Shown here piece after piece: positions 29,677-40,193 of a stretch of 64,000 bases of DNA (position 1 is its first letter; every line of letters starts with the position of its first letter). This DNA comes from an uncultured Sulfitobacter sp. (GTDB lineage: Bacteria; Pseudomonadota; Alphaproteobacteria; Rhodobacterales; Rhodobacteraceae). A program made the position numbers and the translations under genes. The notes beneath the pieces were generated by a model. The model was given only the letters and a program-made list of their open reading frames with translations. It did not search any database and had not been told where the DNA came from. The stretch is taken from assembly GCF_947499945.1 (NCBI RefSeq), contig NZ_CANMQD010000003.1:168120-232119 (forward strand), in the 5' to 3' direction.

Positions 29677-30867
29677 CTATGCAAATTTACTGAGCAGATC
29701 AGGGATGTGTTTGCGGAATTTGAAGAACCCGGCTGTGGCCAGCGGCCAAGCGGCGGTATCGATTTCGCGGCGGACTTCGGTGATGGGGGTATCGCCTGAC
29801 TTGCGCCAGCGGCGCAAAACGCTTCGCATGGCCCCAACGGGAGCATGGGGGGCGATAATATGGTCAAGCTGATGCGCAGCAGCCCAATCGGCAAGGGACG
29901 CGTCGTTCTCCAACACAACGGCATCGGGCGACACATCGCGCAAAAGGGCAGTCCGAAACTCGGCGACCATGGGGGACATTTGCCACGGACTTTGCGCCGC
30001 TGTGGCATCAAAATAGGCGGTGGTAACGGGCGTGATCCCAAGCGTATCATGAAAAGGTGCCATGATATCATCAGAATGGAGAACCAGCCCCACGCGGTCG
30101 GCAGGGGCGCCGCTATAGGGGGGCAGCTCAGAAATTGGCTGGCGCTCGGGCGCTGATGGGGCGCTGATGGGTTGGGCCTCAGCGGCGAGGCCCTGCACGC
30201 CCACAAATCGCCCGTCTGTGAACTTGGCGATATTGGACGGATCAGCGAGATAGGTCTTTCCTTGCGTTTGAATGCCTGCGACCCAGCGCCAGCTAAGCGT
30301 GTTGACCGCCGCATCACCGTCGAGCAGGTGGCGCAAGAAGAAATCAGCGCCCAATTGCCAAGGCAGCTTCAGCGTGAATATCCAGATAGACGCGAACCAC
30401 ATTCGCGCATGGTTGTGCAGATACCCAGTCTGGACCAATTCCTGCGCCCAATGGTCAAAGGGTTTGATCCCAGTCTGGCCCAGACATGCGGCCTCCCAGC
30501 GCTGGCGCAACCCGCTTTGGGTTTGCACCTCGTTGTGCAGCCGCGTCAGATCATCGCGGTAGGCGGTCCAAACAGCGGGACGCTGCTCCATCCATCCTTT
30601 CCAATAGGTGCGCCACCAGACCTCGGCGATAAATTTGTCAGCCTCACGCGCGGTTACCTCGTCCAACACGGCACGGCAGACATCCCCTTCGTCCAGTACC
30701 TTCATCCGCAGATAGGGCGACAGGGTCGATACATGGCTATGCGCCCCTGCGCCCATATCAAAATTGCGCTTTTGCGCATAGTTTGCGCCTGCATGGGGGG
30801 CGAAATCGGCCAACCGCATGTGGGCGGTGGCGGCGTTTGGCGGGAAGGGGGTGTGCTCATTACTCAT
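29677..30867 (-). CDS. photolyase/cryptochrome-family FAD-binding-domain protein (atypical domain order)
   Basis: Start at ATG 30867 (MSNEHTPF). STLSPYL, FIAEVWWRTYWKGW, TGYLHNHARMWFASIW and LLDGDAAVNTLSWRWVAG lie in the N-terminal half. The longer 459-aa ORF form overlaps clpP. Confidence 0.8.
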   Translation of the reverse strand: MSNEHTPFPPNAATAHMRLADFAPHAGANYAQKRNFDMGAGAHSHVSTLSPYLRMKVLDEGDVCRAVLDEVTAREADKFIAEVWWRTYWKGWMEQRPAVWTAYRDDLTRLHNEVQTQSGLRQRWEAACLGQTGIKPFDHWAQELVQTGYLHNHARMWFASIWIFTLKLPWQLGADFFLRHLLDGDAAVNTLSWRWVAGIQTQGKTYLADPSNIAKFTDGRFVGVQGLAAEAQPISAPSAPERQPISELPPYSGAPADRVGLVLHSDDIMAPFHDTLGITPVTTAYFDATAAQSPWQMSPMVAEFRTALLRDVSPDAVVLENDASLADWAAAHQLDHIIAPHAPVGAMRSVLRRWRKSGDTPITEVRREIDTAAWPLATAGFFKFRKHIPDLLSKFA

Positions 30868-31015
30868 CCATGGCGAGATAGGCCAGTACCGCGTCAGATC
30901 AACCAGCAGCGTTATCAGGCCCAGCCCCCCTTGAAGCTCCCCGTTGGCAAGACTAATCTTGTGGTAACGCTTGTTCGGGTATGGTCCCGCACAACCCCAT
31001 TTGAAGGCAGAGCAT

Positions 31016-31666
31016 ATGCAAGATCCCGTCGAGACATACATGAACCTCGTTCCCATGGTTGTGGAACAGACAGCACGCGGCGAGCGCGCCTATGATATCT
31101 TCTCGCGCCTGCTCAAAGAGCGGATTGTATTCATCAACGGCCCGATCCACAGCGGCATGAGCCATCTGGTTGTGGCGCAGTTGTTGCACCTCGAGTCCGA
31201 GAATCCCTCCAAAGAAATCAGCATGTACATCAACTCACCCGGTGGTGAGGTGTCGGCGGGACTCTCGATCTATGATACGATGCAGTACATCCGGCCCAAG
31301 GTGTCCACCCTGATTTGCGGCATGGCGGCTTCGATGGGGTCGGTTATCGCAATCGGTGGCGAGAAGGGGATGCGTTTCGCGCTGCCCAACTCCGAAGTGA
31401 TGGTGCACCAGCCTTCCGGCGGCTCGCAGGGTAAGGCCTCCGATATCCTGATCTCTGCACGTCATATCGAGAAAACGCGCGAGCGGATGTACCAGCTTTA
31501 TGTACAGCACTCGGGTCAAGATTATGACACCGTGCAAAAAGCCATGGACCGCGACACGTGGATGACACCCGATGAGGCCAAAGATTGGGGCCACATCGAC
31601 GAAATCGTCGCAAACCGCGGCAAAGAAGATGACAAAGACGCACCCAAGCCCAAGAAGGGCAAGTAA
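31016..31666 (+). CDS. clpP: ATP-dependent Clp protease proteolytic subunit
   Basis: [26 protein letters not shown], catalytic Ser in GMAASMGS, and His in VMVHQPSGG. Confidence 0.95.
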   Translation: MQDPVETYMNLVPMVVEQTARGERAYDIFSRLLKERIVFINGPIHSGMSHLVVAQLLHLESENPSKEISMYINSPGGEVSAGLSIYDTMQYIRPKVSTLICGMAASMGSVIAIGGEKGMRFALPNSEVMVHQPSGGSQGKASDILISARHIEKTRERMYQLYVQHSGQDYDTVQKAMDRDTWMTPDEAKDWGHIDEIVANRGKEDDKDAPKPKKGK

Positions 31667-31796
31667 GCCACAACGCCGCACTCCTCGGTTTATGCGATTG
31701 CAGGACCGGGGAGCGTGACTTAGAGTTGTACCCAATTCGATTTGTGCCACCCATTCGCGGGTGGCAACCCCAAGCATCAGACCTGAAAGGGCTCAC

Positions 31797-33062
31797 ATGG
31801 CCAATTCAACCAGCGGCGACAGCAAAAACACCCTCTATTGCAGCTTCTGCGGCAAGAGCCAGCATGAAGTGCGCAAGTTGATTGCAGGGCCGACCGTTTT
31901 CATCTGCGATGAATGCGTCGAGCTGTGCATGGATATTATTCGTGAAGAAACAAAGGCTTCGGGCCTCAAGGCAACAGACGGTGTGCCAACGCCCAAAGAC
32001 ATCTGCGAAGTGCTTGATGACTATGTCATTGGTCAAGCGATGGCGAAGCGGGTTTTGTCTGTGGCTGTGCACAACCACTACAAACGTCTGAACCACGCCC
32101 AAAAAGGCGGCGATATCGAGTTGGCGAAATCCAATATTCTGCTGATGGGCCCAACGGGCTGTGGTAAGACATTGCTTGCGCAGACTTTGGCGCGGATTTT
32201 GGATGTGCCGTTCACGATGGCGGATGCGACCACACTGACCGAAGCGGGTTATGTGGGCGAGGACGTCGAGAACATCATCCTCAAACTGCTTCAGGCCTCC
32301 GAATACAACGTTGAGCGTGCGCAGCGCGGCATCGTTTATATCGACGAAGTAGATAAAATTACGCGTAAATCGGAAAACCCCTCCATCACCCGTGACGTAT
32401 CGGGCGAGGGCGTGCAGCAAGCATTGCTCAAGCTGATGGAAGGCACCGTAGCTTCTGTTCCGCCACAGGGCGGTCGCAAGCATCCACAGCAGGAATTCCT
32501 GCAAGTGGATACAACCAACATATTGTTCATCTGTGGTGGTGCATTTGCTGGTCTGGATAAGATCATCGCTGCACGCGGCAAAGGGTCGGCGATGGGCTTT
32601 GGTGCGGATGTGCGCGACCAGGATGCGCGTGGCATTGGTGAGATTTTCACCGATTTGGAGCCCGAGGACCTGCTTAAGTTTGGTCTGATCCCTGAATTCG
32701 TGGGGCGTTTGCCGGTTCTTGCGACGCTGGAAGACCTCGACGAAGACGCGCTCGTAACGATCCTGACCCAGCCAAAGAACGCGTTGGTCAAGCAATACCA
32801 GCGCCTGTTCGAGTTGGAAGACACGCAGTTGACCTTCACCGAAGACGCGCTTGCTGCGATTGCGAAACGTGCAATTGACCGCAAGACAGGTGCACGTGGT
32901 TTGCGGTCCATACTTGAGGAAATCTTGCTGGATACGATGTTTGACCTGCCCGGTATGGACAGCGTGACCGAAGTGGTTGTGAACGAAGAGGCCGTTATGT
33001 CGGATGCAAAGCCGCTGATGATCCACGCCGAAGCAGAGAAAGAGCCTGCGACAGCAGGCTGA
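31797..33062 (+). CDS. clpX: ATP-dependent Clp protease ATP-binding subunit ClpX
   Basis: Zinc ribbon CSFCGK...CDECV. Walker A GPTGCGKT, Walker B VYIDEVDK, and a GARGLR sensor. Confidence 0.95.
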   Translation: MANSTSGDSKNTLYCSFCGKSQHEVRKLIAGPTVFICDECVELCMDIIREETKASGLKATDGVPTPKDICEVLDDYVIGQAMAKRVLSVAVHNHYKRLNHAQKGGDIELAKSNILLMGPTGCGKTLLAQTLARILDVPFTMADATTLTEAGYVGEDVENIILKLLQASEYNVERAQRGIVYIDEVDKITRKSENPSITRDVSGEGVQQALLKLMEGTVASVPPQGGRKHPQQEFLQVDTTNILFICGGAFAGLDKIIAARGKGSAMGFGADVRDQDARGIGEIFTDLEPEDLLKFGLIPEFVGRLPVLATLEDLDEDALVTILTQPKNALVKQYQRLFELEDTQLTFTEDALAAIAKRAIDRKTGARGLRSILEEILLDTMFDLPGMDSVTEVVVNEEAVMSDAKPLMIHAEAEKEPATAG

Positions 33063-33081
33063 TCTGTGAAGTAACTGAATA

Positions 33082-33114
33082 CAAAGGGGCAGGCCGTATG
33101 GTCTGCCCCTTTGG
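33082..33114 (+). terminator. terminator hairpin after clpX
   Basis: CAAAGGGGCAGgccgtatggtCTGCCCCTTTG stem-loop. Confidence 0.6.
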
Positions 33115-33131
33115 CGTTAAAGGAGACTGAC

Positions 33132-33485
33132 ATGAAACGTGTTCATTCTGGTGGAGAATTCGAGGCGAAGATTGGCTATTGTCGCGCTGTTATTGCAGGG
33201 GGCTTTGTACATGTGGCTGGAACCTGCGGGCAGGGTAATGATGTCACTGCCCAATGCCGCGATGCCCTGAGGATTATCGAAAACGCATTGATCGAGGCAG
33301 GGTCCAGTATGGCGAAAGTGGTACGCGTAACATACATGCTGCCTGACCGTGCCGAGTTCGAGCCATGCTGGCCCATCCTGGCAGAGGCATTTGGCGAGAA
33401 CCCGCCTGCTGCGACGATGATCGAGTGCGGTTTGATTGATCCAAAATTTCGGATCGAGATTGAAGTGACTGCATTTGTTGGATAA
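33132..33485 (+). CDS. RidA/YjgF-family protein
   Basis: Start at ATG 33132, preceded by [13 protein letters not shown]...VRVTYML...[21 protein letters not shown]. Confidence 0.85.
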   Translation: MKRVHSGGEFEAKIGYCRAVIAGGFVHVAGTCGQGNDVTAQCRDALRIIENALIEAGSSMAKVVRVTYMLPDRAEFEPCWPILAEAFGENPPAATMIECGLIDPKFRIEIEVTAFVG

Positions 33486-33971
33486 ATGAAGACCGCTTTG
33501 TCATTTATGTGTGCTGCCCTCACAATGCTGGCGCATTGCTCTCGTGAAACGGGAGAGCAGTTCGCAAGGGCGTTATGGCCTGAGTTGATGTTCGAAGACG
33601 TTATTGCATCCAAAATGCGCCACCGCGGGGGGCATGGCTGTACCTATGTTGTCCTGACTTTGCCCGATAACCCTGTGATGGAGCCGCCAAAAACTGTCCC
33701 ACAATGGATGCGCACAAGGGTCGAAAATTCAGGGGAATGGCGCATGACGTCCTATCACCGCGCATTGAAAGAGACTGAAATGCACTATTGCCTTCATGGC
33801 AACCCTGACAAAATTGATGGCGCGGGGATGGAGGGATTTGGAATTGAATTTGCAGCCATTCTGAAACGCGAAGGGGCATGGTGGATTTCTTATGCCAGCG
33901 GTGTTGACCACGTCTTGATGATCTATGCCCCAGATGCGCGGCGCGCTTTGCATGTGCGCTTGGGTGATTAG
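33486..33971 (+). CDS. hypothetical lipoprotein-like protein
   Basis: 161-aa ORF starting right after the ridA stop. N-terminal hydrophobic segment ending in ...LAHC. No recognised domain. Confidence 0.5.
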   Translation: MKTALSFMCAALTMLAHCSRETGEQFARALWPELMFEDVIASKMRHRGGHGCTYVVLTLPDNPVMEPPKTVPQWMRTRVENSGEWRMTSYHRALKETEMHYCLHGNPDKIDGAGMEGFGIEFAAILKREGAWWISYASGVDHVLMIYAPDARRALHVRLGD

Positions 33972-34058
33972 GCGTGTTTTGTCTAATTGCACGGTCACGT
34001 CACTGGACCTGCGCCCCAGGATAGGCCATATCAGAGCTAACGATTACAGGAGTCTCCC

Positions 34059-34442
34059 ATGGGTATTGTAAGCAAAATCTTGAGCGCGTTCACATGGTGG
34101 AACGGTCAAACGCTGAACACACAGTTTTTCACGTGGCGGAAAGGTGAGAAAGTAGGCGATGATGCACAGGGCAACGTCTACTACCGCAATGCCGACGACA
34201 GCAAACGCTGGGTAATTTTCAACGGTGAAGTTGAAGCGACCCGCATCAATCCTGATTGGCACGGTTGGATCCACCGCACCTATGACGAGCCGCCGACAGA
34301 TAAGCCGCTGATCCACAAAGAGTGGGAGAAGCCGCATCAGGAGAATCTGACGGGGACTATACTCGCCTATGCGCCGAGCGGTTCAATACGGCGTGAAAAA
34401 CCTGCAGATCGCGGCGACTACGAGGCGTGGACGCCCGAGTGA
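34059..34442 (+). CDS. NDUFA12-like NADH:ubiquinone oxidoreductase subunit family protein
   Basis: [32 protein letters not shown]...RWVIFNG...[10 protein letters not shown], typical of the alphaproteobacterial NDUFA12 family. Confidence 0.85.
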   Translation: MGIVSKILSAFTWWNGQTLNTQFFTWRKGEKVGDDAQGNVYYRNADDSKRWVIFNGEVEATRINPDWHGWIHRTYDEPPTDKPLIHKEWEKPHQENLTGTILAYAPSGSIRREKPADRGDYEAWTPE

Positions 34443-34795
34443 TCCGCGCTTTTTCTTTGATATTGGCGCTGTGTGCCACCACGGCTTCGGCAGAACCGAC
34501 CAGCAACGGAAACGGTGCAATCTTACGTGCGTTGGACAAGACGTCTGGCACAACTGTCGATATTTCCATCGCCAACGGGCAAGTGGCTCGCATAGGGCGT
34601 CTGCAGATTGTACTCAATGAATGCCGCTATCCAGAAGGGAATCCATCAGGCGATGCGTATGCCGCGATGGAAATCTCCGAAATAGGCCGCGCAGGCACGG
34701 TGTTTACAGGATGGATGATCGCCTCTGCACCAGCGCTGAATGCGATGGAGCATCCTCGCTACGATATCTGGGTCATGCGCTGTATCACGTCCTGA
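34427..34795 (+). CDS. DUF2155-domain periplasmic protein
   Basis: Signal peptide [30 protein letters not shown]...[12 protein letters not shown]...[14 protein letters not shown] start at 34427, or GTG at 34439 overlapping the upstream stop. Confidence 0.8.
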   Translation: MDARVIRAFSLILALCATTASAEPTSNGNGAILRALDKTSGTTVDISIANGQVARIGRLQIVLNECRYPEGNPSGDAYAAMEISEIGRAGTVFTGWMIASAPALNAMEHPRYDIWVMRCITS

Positions 34796-35394
34796 GGGCC
34801 CGCCTCTGGCGCAGTTCTAAAGGATGCAGGCCGATCGCGTGCATGCGCCAGTTGCGCATGATATTGGGCGCGGGTGATCTCAACGGCGCCCAGCGAGGAT
34901 AGATGGTCCGTGATAAATTGGGTGTCGAACAGCAAGAATCCGCCCTGTTTTAAACGATCTACCAAACAGGCTAGGGCGATCTTTGATGCATTGGTACGCC
35001 GCGAGAACATGCTTTCGCCAAAAAACGCAGCACCCAAAACAACGCCATAGACCCCCCCGACAAGCGCTTCTCCTTCCCAGACCTCCAGAGAATGAGCATG
35101 GCCGTCTTCAAACAAGGCGGAGTAGAGGCTGCGGATTTCTGCGTTGATCCACGTGTCTTCACGGTCTGCACAACCATCAACAACGCCTTCAAAGTTGCGG
35201 TCAATGGTAACGCTCCACGTGCTGCGCTGCATGGCGCGGCGCAACGAGCGGGAAATGTGGAACCCGTCCAATGGCATGACGCCACGCTTGCGCGGATCGA
35301 CCCAAAAGATTTCCGGGTCGTCCCGCGCTTCGCTCATAGGGAAAATGCCGACGCGGTAGCCGTGTAGCAAAAGCTCCGGTGTCAGGTCGGACAT
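34759..35394 (-). CDS. aat: leucyl/phenylalanyl-tRNA--protein transferase
   Basis: LLHGYRVGIFPMSE...IFWVDPRKRGVMPLDGFHISRSLRR...GGVYGVVLGAAFFGESMFS. Confidence 0.9.
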   Translation of the reverse strand: MSDLTPELLLHGYRVGIFPMSEARDDPEIFWVDPRKRGVMPLDGFHISRSLRRAMQRSTWSVTIDRNFEGVVDGCADREDTWINAEIRSLYSALFEDGHAHSLEVWEGEALVGGVYGVVLGAAFFGESMFSRRTNASKIALACLVDRLKQGGFLLFDTQFITDHLSSLGAVEITRAQYHAQLAHARDRPASFRTAPEAGPQDVIQRMTQIS

Positions 35395-35399
35395 GGTAT

Positions 35400-36752
35400 T
35401 CAGGCTTCGCCGAGATTTGTTTCCAGCCAACGCTCAAGCCAGTGGATATTGTATCCGCCCGTATGAATGTCTTTTTCCTGCAAAAGCGCGTGGAAGAGCG
35501 GCACAGTGGTATCCACACCGTCCACGATCAACTCACCCAATGCACGGTTCAGACGTGCAAGCGCTTCGGGGCGGTCGCGGCCATGTACGATGAGTTTACC
35601 GATCAAGCTGTCGTAATAGGGCGGGATTTTATAGCCATCATAGAGGGCGCTATCCATCCGCACACCAAGGCCACCGGGCGCATGGTATTGCGTGATTTTC
35701 CCTGGACAGGGCGAGAAATTAGGTAGTTTTTCGGCGTTGATGCGTACTTCGATGGCGTGACCGTTGATGGTCAGGCTCTCTTGGGTAAACGACATATCAA
35801 GGCCTGCCGCTACGCGAATTTGCTCACGTACCAGATCGACGCCAAAGATGGCTTCAGTCACAGGGTGTTCGACCTGCAAACGGGTGTTCATCTCGATGAA
35901 ATAGAACTCGCCATTCTCGTAGAGGAACTCGATCGTCCCTGCACCAATGTAGTTGATGTTGGCACAGGCGTCCGCACAGACTTTACCGATCCGCGCGCGC
36001 TCCTCGGGGGTGATTGTAGGGCCGGGGGCCTCTTCGAATACTTTCTGGTGGCGGCGCTGGAGCGAGCAGTCGCGCTCTCCCAGATGTACAGCGCGGCCTT
36101 TGCCATCGCCAAAGACCTGAATTTCGATATGACGCGGCGTGGTGAGGTATTTCTCGATATAGACTTCGTCGTTACCGAAGTTGGATTTGCCTTCGGCGCG
36201 CGCAGTCTGGAACGCACTCTCCATGTCCTTTGCGGTTTGCGCCACCTTCATGCCCTTACCACCACCACCAGCAGTCGCTTTGATGATAACGGGGTAGCCG
36301 ACTTCTTCACCAATGCGCTTCGCATCCTCAAGCGTGGCAACACCACCTTCTGAGCCAGGCACGCAAGGCACGCCAAGCGCTTTCATCGTATCCTTGGCCG
36401 TGATCTTGTCGCCCATAATGCGGATATGCTCGGCTGTGGGGCCGATGAAGGTCAGGCCGTGATCCTCAAGAATCTGAACAAAGCCTGCGTTTTCGGAAAG
36501 GAAGCCATATCCGGGGTGGATCGCTTCGGCACCGGTGATTTCACAGGCCGCAACAATGGCAGGGATGCTGAGGTAAGATTGCTGAGACGACGGTGGGCCG
36601 ATGCACACACTCTCGTCCGCCATACGCACATGCATGGCGTCGCTGTCAGCCGTAGAATGTACGGCAACAGAGGCAATGCCCATTTCACGTGCCGCACGGA
36701 TCACACGCAGGGCAATCTCGCCGCGGTTGGCGATGAGGATTTTCTTGAACAT
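35400..36752 (-). CDS. accC: acetyl-CoA carboxylase biotin carboxylase subunit
   Basis: [23 protein letters not shown]-grasp text GGGGKGMKV, and [14 protein letters not shown]. Confidence 0.95.
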   Translation of the reverse strand: MFKKILIANRGEIALRVIRAAREMGIASVAVHSTADSDAMHVRMADESVCIGPPSSQQSYLSIPAIVAACEITGAEAIHPGYGFLSENAGFVQILEDHGLTFIGPTAEHIRIMGDKITAKDTMKALGVPCVPGSEGGVATLEDAKRIGEEVGYPVIIKATAGGGGKGMKVAQTAKDMESAFQTARAEGKSNFGNDEVYIEKYLTTPRHIEIQVFGDGKGRAVHLGERDCSLQRRHQKVFEEAPGPTITPEERARIGKVCADACANINYIGAGTIEFLYENGEFYFIEMNTRLQVEHPVTEAIFGVDLVREQIRVAAGLDMSFTQESLTINGHAIEVRINAEKLPNFSPCPGKITQYHAPGGLGVRMDSALYDGYKIPPYYDSLIGKLIVHGRDRPEALARLNRALGELIVDGVDTTVPLFHALLQEKDIHTGGYNIHWLERWLETNLGEA

Positions 36753-36764
36753 GGGCTGTCCTCC

Positions 36765-37259
36765 TTATTCGAGGATGACGAGTGGAGCGCCAAACTCGAC
36801 GGCGGCCCCGTCTTCGACCAAAATACGTTTCACTGTGCCACCGCGCGGGGCGGGGATGTGGTTCATGGTTTTCATCGCTTCAACGATGAGTAGGGTGTCG
36901 CCTTCGGATACTTTGGACCCGACAGTGATGAATGCAGGTGCGCCCGGCTCTGGGGAGGTGTAGACCGTTCCAACCATCGGCGAGGATACAGCACCCGGAT
37001 CGGCAGCAGGATCAGCGGCAGCTTCAACACTGGCGGCAGGCGCGGCAGCAGGTGCAGCGGCAGCCATAGCGGGGGCTGTTGCCTGTACGGTCTGGGGGGC
37101 CATTATCTGTTGCGGGGGCTTGCGCGAGACACGGACATTCAGGCTGTCATCCTCGGCATAGTCGCGTTTGACTTGCAATTCGGTGAGATCGTTTTCGTTG
37201 AGCAATTCTGCCAATGCGCGAATAAATGCGACATCTGAATCGTGTGTGTTCTTTGTCAT
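36765..37259 (-). CDS. accB: acetyl-CoA carboxylase biotin carboxyl carrier protein
   Basis: Ala/Pro-rich linker and the biotinyl-lysine motif [11 protein letters not shown]. Confidence 0.9.
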   Translation of the reverse strand: MTKNTHDSDVAFIRALAELLNENDLTELQVKRDYAEDDSLNVRVSRKPPQQIMAPQTVQATAPAMAAAAPAAAPAASVEAAADPAADPGAVSSPMVGTVYTSPEPGAPAFITVGSKVSEGDTLLIVEAMKTMNHIPAPRGGTVKRILVEDGAAVEFGAPLVILE

Positions 37260-37383
37260 AGGGTTCCCCGACCGTTGCGAAGGGGCGCGTCTCTGCGCGC
37301 CTGTTTGGAGCGCTTATATGTCATGGACAGTAGCATGGAAAGGCGCGACTTTACCCTAATGAATTGCGGCAGGGGGTACATAG

Positions 37384-38865
37384 ATGAACGTGGCACATTG
37401 GCTGGCGCGGCGCAGTGCGGGTGATCCGGCGCGACCAGCGTTTTATTATGACGCGGAATTGGTTTGTGACTACGGCACCCTTCATTTAAACGCCCGACGG
37501 GTCGCAGCAGGTCTTTGTGCGCGCGGGATCGTTGCTGGTGACCGTGTCGCAATTTTTATGGATAACCATCCCGACTGGCTGCTTGGTCTGTATGGGATAC
37601 TTTATATGGGGGCGGTGGCTGTTCCGATCAATGCAAAGCTTCATGCGCGTGAGGCAGAGTTCATTCTTCTAGATAGCGGTGCCGCGCTGTGTCTCACGGA
37701 TTTGGAACACCATAGCGTGCTTAAGTCAGCGAATGTTGCCTGTGAGTGTAGCCAACCGCGCGGCCTGTGGGGCAAAGACCTTATGGAAATTACGCCCCGC
37801 GGGCCTGATGATATCGCATGGCTGTTCTATACCTCTGGTACGACAGGCAGACCGAAAGGGGTGATGATCACGCATGGCATGTTGCAGGCAATGTCGCTGA
37901 GCTATGCCGTGGATGTGGACACTGTGAGCGCACAGGACGCCGCAATTTATGCCGCCCCGTTGAGCCATGGGGCGGGGCTGTACAACTTTATTCACGTTCA
38001 GGCAGGGGCGCGGCATGTTTTCCCAGCTTCGGGTGGTTTTAACGAGGCCGAGATCCTTGATCTTGCCGCGCATTACGGGCGTTGTCATATGTTCGCGGCA
38101 CCGACCATGGTCACCCGACTGACCGCTTTTGCCAAAGCGGCTGGACGCCACGGCGAGGGGTTGCGCACGGTCGTTTATGCCGGTGGGCCCATGTACACGG
38201 CGGATATTATCGCTGCGGTGGATCAATTCGGGCCTGTGTTCGTACAAATTTACGGGCAGGGGGAATGTCCCATGGCGATCACAGCCCTGTCGCGCCGCGA
38301 TGTGGCCGATCGCACTCATCGTGATTGGGAGGCGCGCCTTGGCTCTGTCGGGCGTGCGCAATCGGTAGTTGAGGTGCGGATTGATGGTGTTAAAAATTCA
38401 GACGAAAGCGGTGAGATCATGGTGCGCGGCGCCCCCGTGATGCCCGGCTATTGGAAGAATACAGAAGCAACGGAACAGACTTTGAAAGAGGGCTGGCTCA
38501 AAACGGGTGATATCGGACATCTGGACGCAGCGGGATATTTGACACTCCAAGACCGTTCAAAGGATTTAATCATCACCGGCGGATCTAATGTCTATCCACG
38601 CGAGGTGGAGGAGGTGCTGCTGCGACATCCTGAGATATTGGAGGCTTCGGTGGTCGGAAGCAAGCATGACGACTGGGGTGAAGAGGTCGTTGCTTTTGTT
38701 GTGGGGGATGCACCTCGGGCGGCATTGGATGCGTTGTGTCTAGAAAATATTGCACGGTTCAAGCGACCCAAGCGATATATCCGCGTTCTGGAGCTGCCTA
38801 AAAACAACTACGGAAAAGTGCTTAAGACAGAACTACGCAAGATGTTGGAAGCGCAGTCGGAATAG
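37384..38865 (+). CDS. AMP-binding acyl-CoA synthetase / class I adenylate-forming enzyme
   Basis: AMP-binding motif LFYTSGTTGRPKGV, then YGQGE, TGDIGHLDAAGYL, and ...RFKRPKRY...NNYGKVLK. Confidence 0.85.
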   Translation: MNVAHWLARRSAGDPARPAFYYDAELVCDYGTLHLNARRVAAGLCARGIVAGDRVAIFMDNHPDWLLGLYGILYMGAVAVPINAKLHAREAEFILLDSGAALCLTDLEHHSVLKSANVACECSQPRGLWGKDLMEITPRGPDDIAWLFYTSGTTGRPKGVMITHGMLQAMSLSYAVDVDTVSAQDAAIYAAPLSHGAGLYNFIHVQAGARHVFPASGGFNEAEILDLAAHYGRCHMFAAPTMVTRLTAFAKAAGRHGEGLRTVVYAGGPMYTADIIAAVDQFGPVFVQIYGQGECPMAITALSRRDVADRTHRDWEARLGSVGRAQSVVEVRIDGVKNSDESGEIMVRGAPVMPGYWKNTEATEQTLKEGWLKTGDIGHLDAAGYLTLQDRSKDLIITGGSNVYPREVEEVLLRHPEILEASVVGSKHDDWGEEVVAFVVGDAPRAALDALCLENIARFKRPKRYIRVLELPKNNYGKVLKTELRKMLEAQSE

Positions 38866-38890
38866 CCGCCCGCCCTTAAGGGCAGGCGGC
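38865..38890. terminator. bidirectional terminator hairpin
   Basis: GCCGCCCGCCC-ttaa-GGGCAGGCGGC between convergent genes. Confidence 0.6.
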
Positions 38891-38900
38891 TGGATTTGGT

Positions 38901-40193
38901 TTAGCCGACAACAAAAATGTCGTCGGACAAGCCAAAGGCAAACTCATCGAGATCGGCGATAGTCACATTGTTCACCGTGAGCACGGAGCCATGTTCGATC
39001 GTGCCGTCAAACGAGAAGCTGTTGAAAATTGCGCTGAGGTCGATGATCGCGTCACCTCCTGTGAACACAGTGTTGTCCATGATGTCAGCATAGGTCAGGA
39101 AGCCATCCCCGAAGAAGACCTGTATATCGATGCGGTCCCCTGCGCTGAAGTCCCTGATTTCATCTTGCTCTGTGTTGCCGCTAAAGACAAATACGTCTGC
39201 CCCATCTCCGCCGATGAGGAGATCACGGCCTTGACCACCTTCCATTGTGTCATTGCCCTTACCGCCAGCAAGTCGGTCATGGCCTGCACCACCGTCCATG
39301 CGGTCATTGCCGTTGCCGCCTGCCAATTGGTCATTGCCTTGGCCACCGAACATCAGGTCATCGTTATTGCCGCCCGACAAACGGTCATTGTTGTCGCCAC
39401 CGTCAATAAAGTCGTTGCCAGCACCCCCAGCAATTTTATCGTTACCCGCTCCGCCAAACAGGGCGTCATTGCCGTTCTGACCGTTCAGTACGTCGCGCCC
39501 GCCATTGCCCAGCAGGCGATCATCATCAGCGCCACCAAAGAACTTATCGTCTGAAGCGCCACCGGTCATCGTATCGTCGCCCGCTCCACCGCGCACATCG
39601 CCAGCCGAGCCTGCGCCGCCGTCGATATCACGCACGTCGATTAGAAATTCATCGCCAAAGCCACCATCAAAAAAGCCGCCGACTGTATACGTGTCATTGC
39701 CAGACCCAAGGTTGATGTTGGCCATAATCCCCGTATTCAAAACGGTATCATCGCCACTGCCCATATTGACACCACCCGTGATTGTACCCGCAGTTGTTGG
39801 CCCGCCATCAAGGCCTGCGATAATCTGGTTTGTCAGGAGATCTTTGCCGTTTCCGGTGTTGATCTGGCCACGGATTGTACCTGAGTTGAAAATGGTGTCC
39901 CAGGCATTGCCCAAACGAATAGAGCCGAAAATGTCCCCATCGTTTGTGATATTGCGGCCACTGTTGCCAGTCAGATCAATGGCATATTGGCTGCCTGCCG
40001 CTTTGGAGACTGTGCCAAAGGTTGTGTTTGTAAATGTGATGCCTTCGTCAGAATTGGCAGTCACTGGTCCGATAATTGCACCAAAGTTGGTAACAGCTCC
40101 GCCAAATACAGAAAAATCGAGCCCGGCAAGGGTCTCGCCAAAGGCGTTAGCGCCTTCGAATGAATTGGTCGCTTCGTTGAATGTAATCGGCAT
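38901..40193 (-). CDS. RTX-type calcium-binding repeat protein (probable T1SS substrate)
   Basis: About 15 consecutive GGxGxDxxx nonapeptides (GGAGDDTMTGGASDDKFFGGADDDRLLGNGGRDVLNGQNGNDALFGGAGNDKI...). Gly-rich N-terminal repeats. Acidic/hydrophobic C-terminus. Confidence 0.85.
   Translation of the reverse strand: MPITFNEATNSFEGANAFGETLAGLDFSVFGGAVTNFGAIIGPVTANSDEGITFTNTTFGTVSKAAGSQYAIDLTGNSGRNITNDGDIFGSIRLGNAWDTIFNSGTIRGQINTGNGKDLLTNQIIAGLDGGPTTAGTITGGVNMGSGDDTVLNTGIMANINLGSGNDTYTVGGFFDGGFGDEFLIDVRDIDGGAGSAGDVRGGAGDDTMTGGASDDKFFGGADDDRLLGNGGRDVLNGQNGNDALFGGAGNDKIAGGAGNDFIDGGDNNDRLSGGNNDDLMFGGQGNDQLAGGNGNDRMDGGAGHDRLAGGKGNDTMEGGQGRDLLIGGDGADVFVFSGNTEQDEIRDFSAGDRIDIQVFFGDGFLTYADIMDNTVFTGGDAIIDLSAIFNSFSFDGTIEHGSVLTVNNVTIADLDEFAFGLSDDIFVVG

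Noticed and set aside
30172-31095. 307-aa plus-strand ORF
   Set aside because: Antisense to the photolyase-like gene and running into clpP. No motifs.
31806-33026. 406-aa ORF on the minus strand
   Set aside because: It is fully antisense to clpX, whose identity is unambiguous. High-GC genes commonly carry long antisense ORFs, and this one has no recognisable motifs.
39200-39600. Tandem nucleotide periodicity, checked as a possible CRISPR or other non-coding repeat array
   Set aside because: The 27-nt periodicity is the coding repeat of the RTX nonapeptides. There are no spacers of unique sequence and no cas genes. I found no CRISPR array anywhere in the window.
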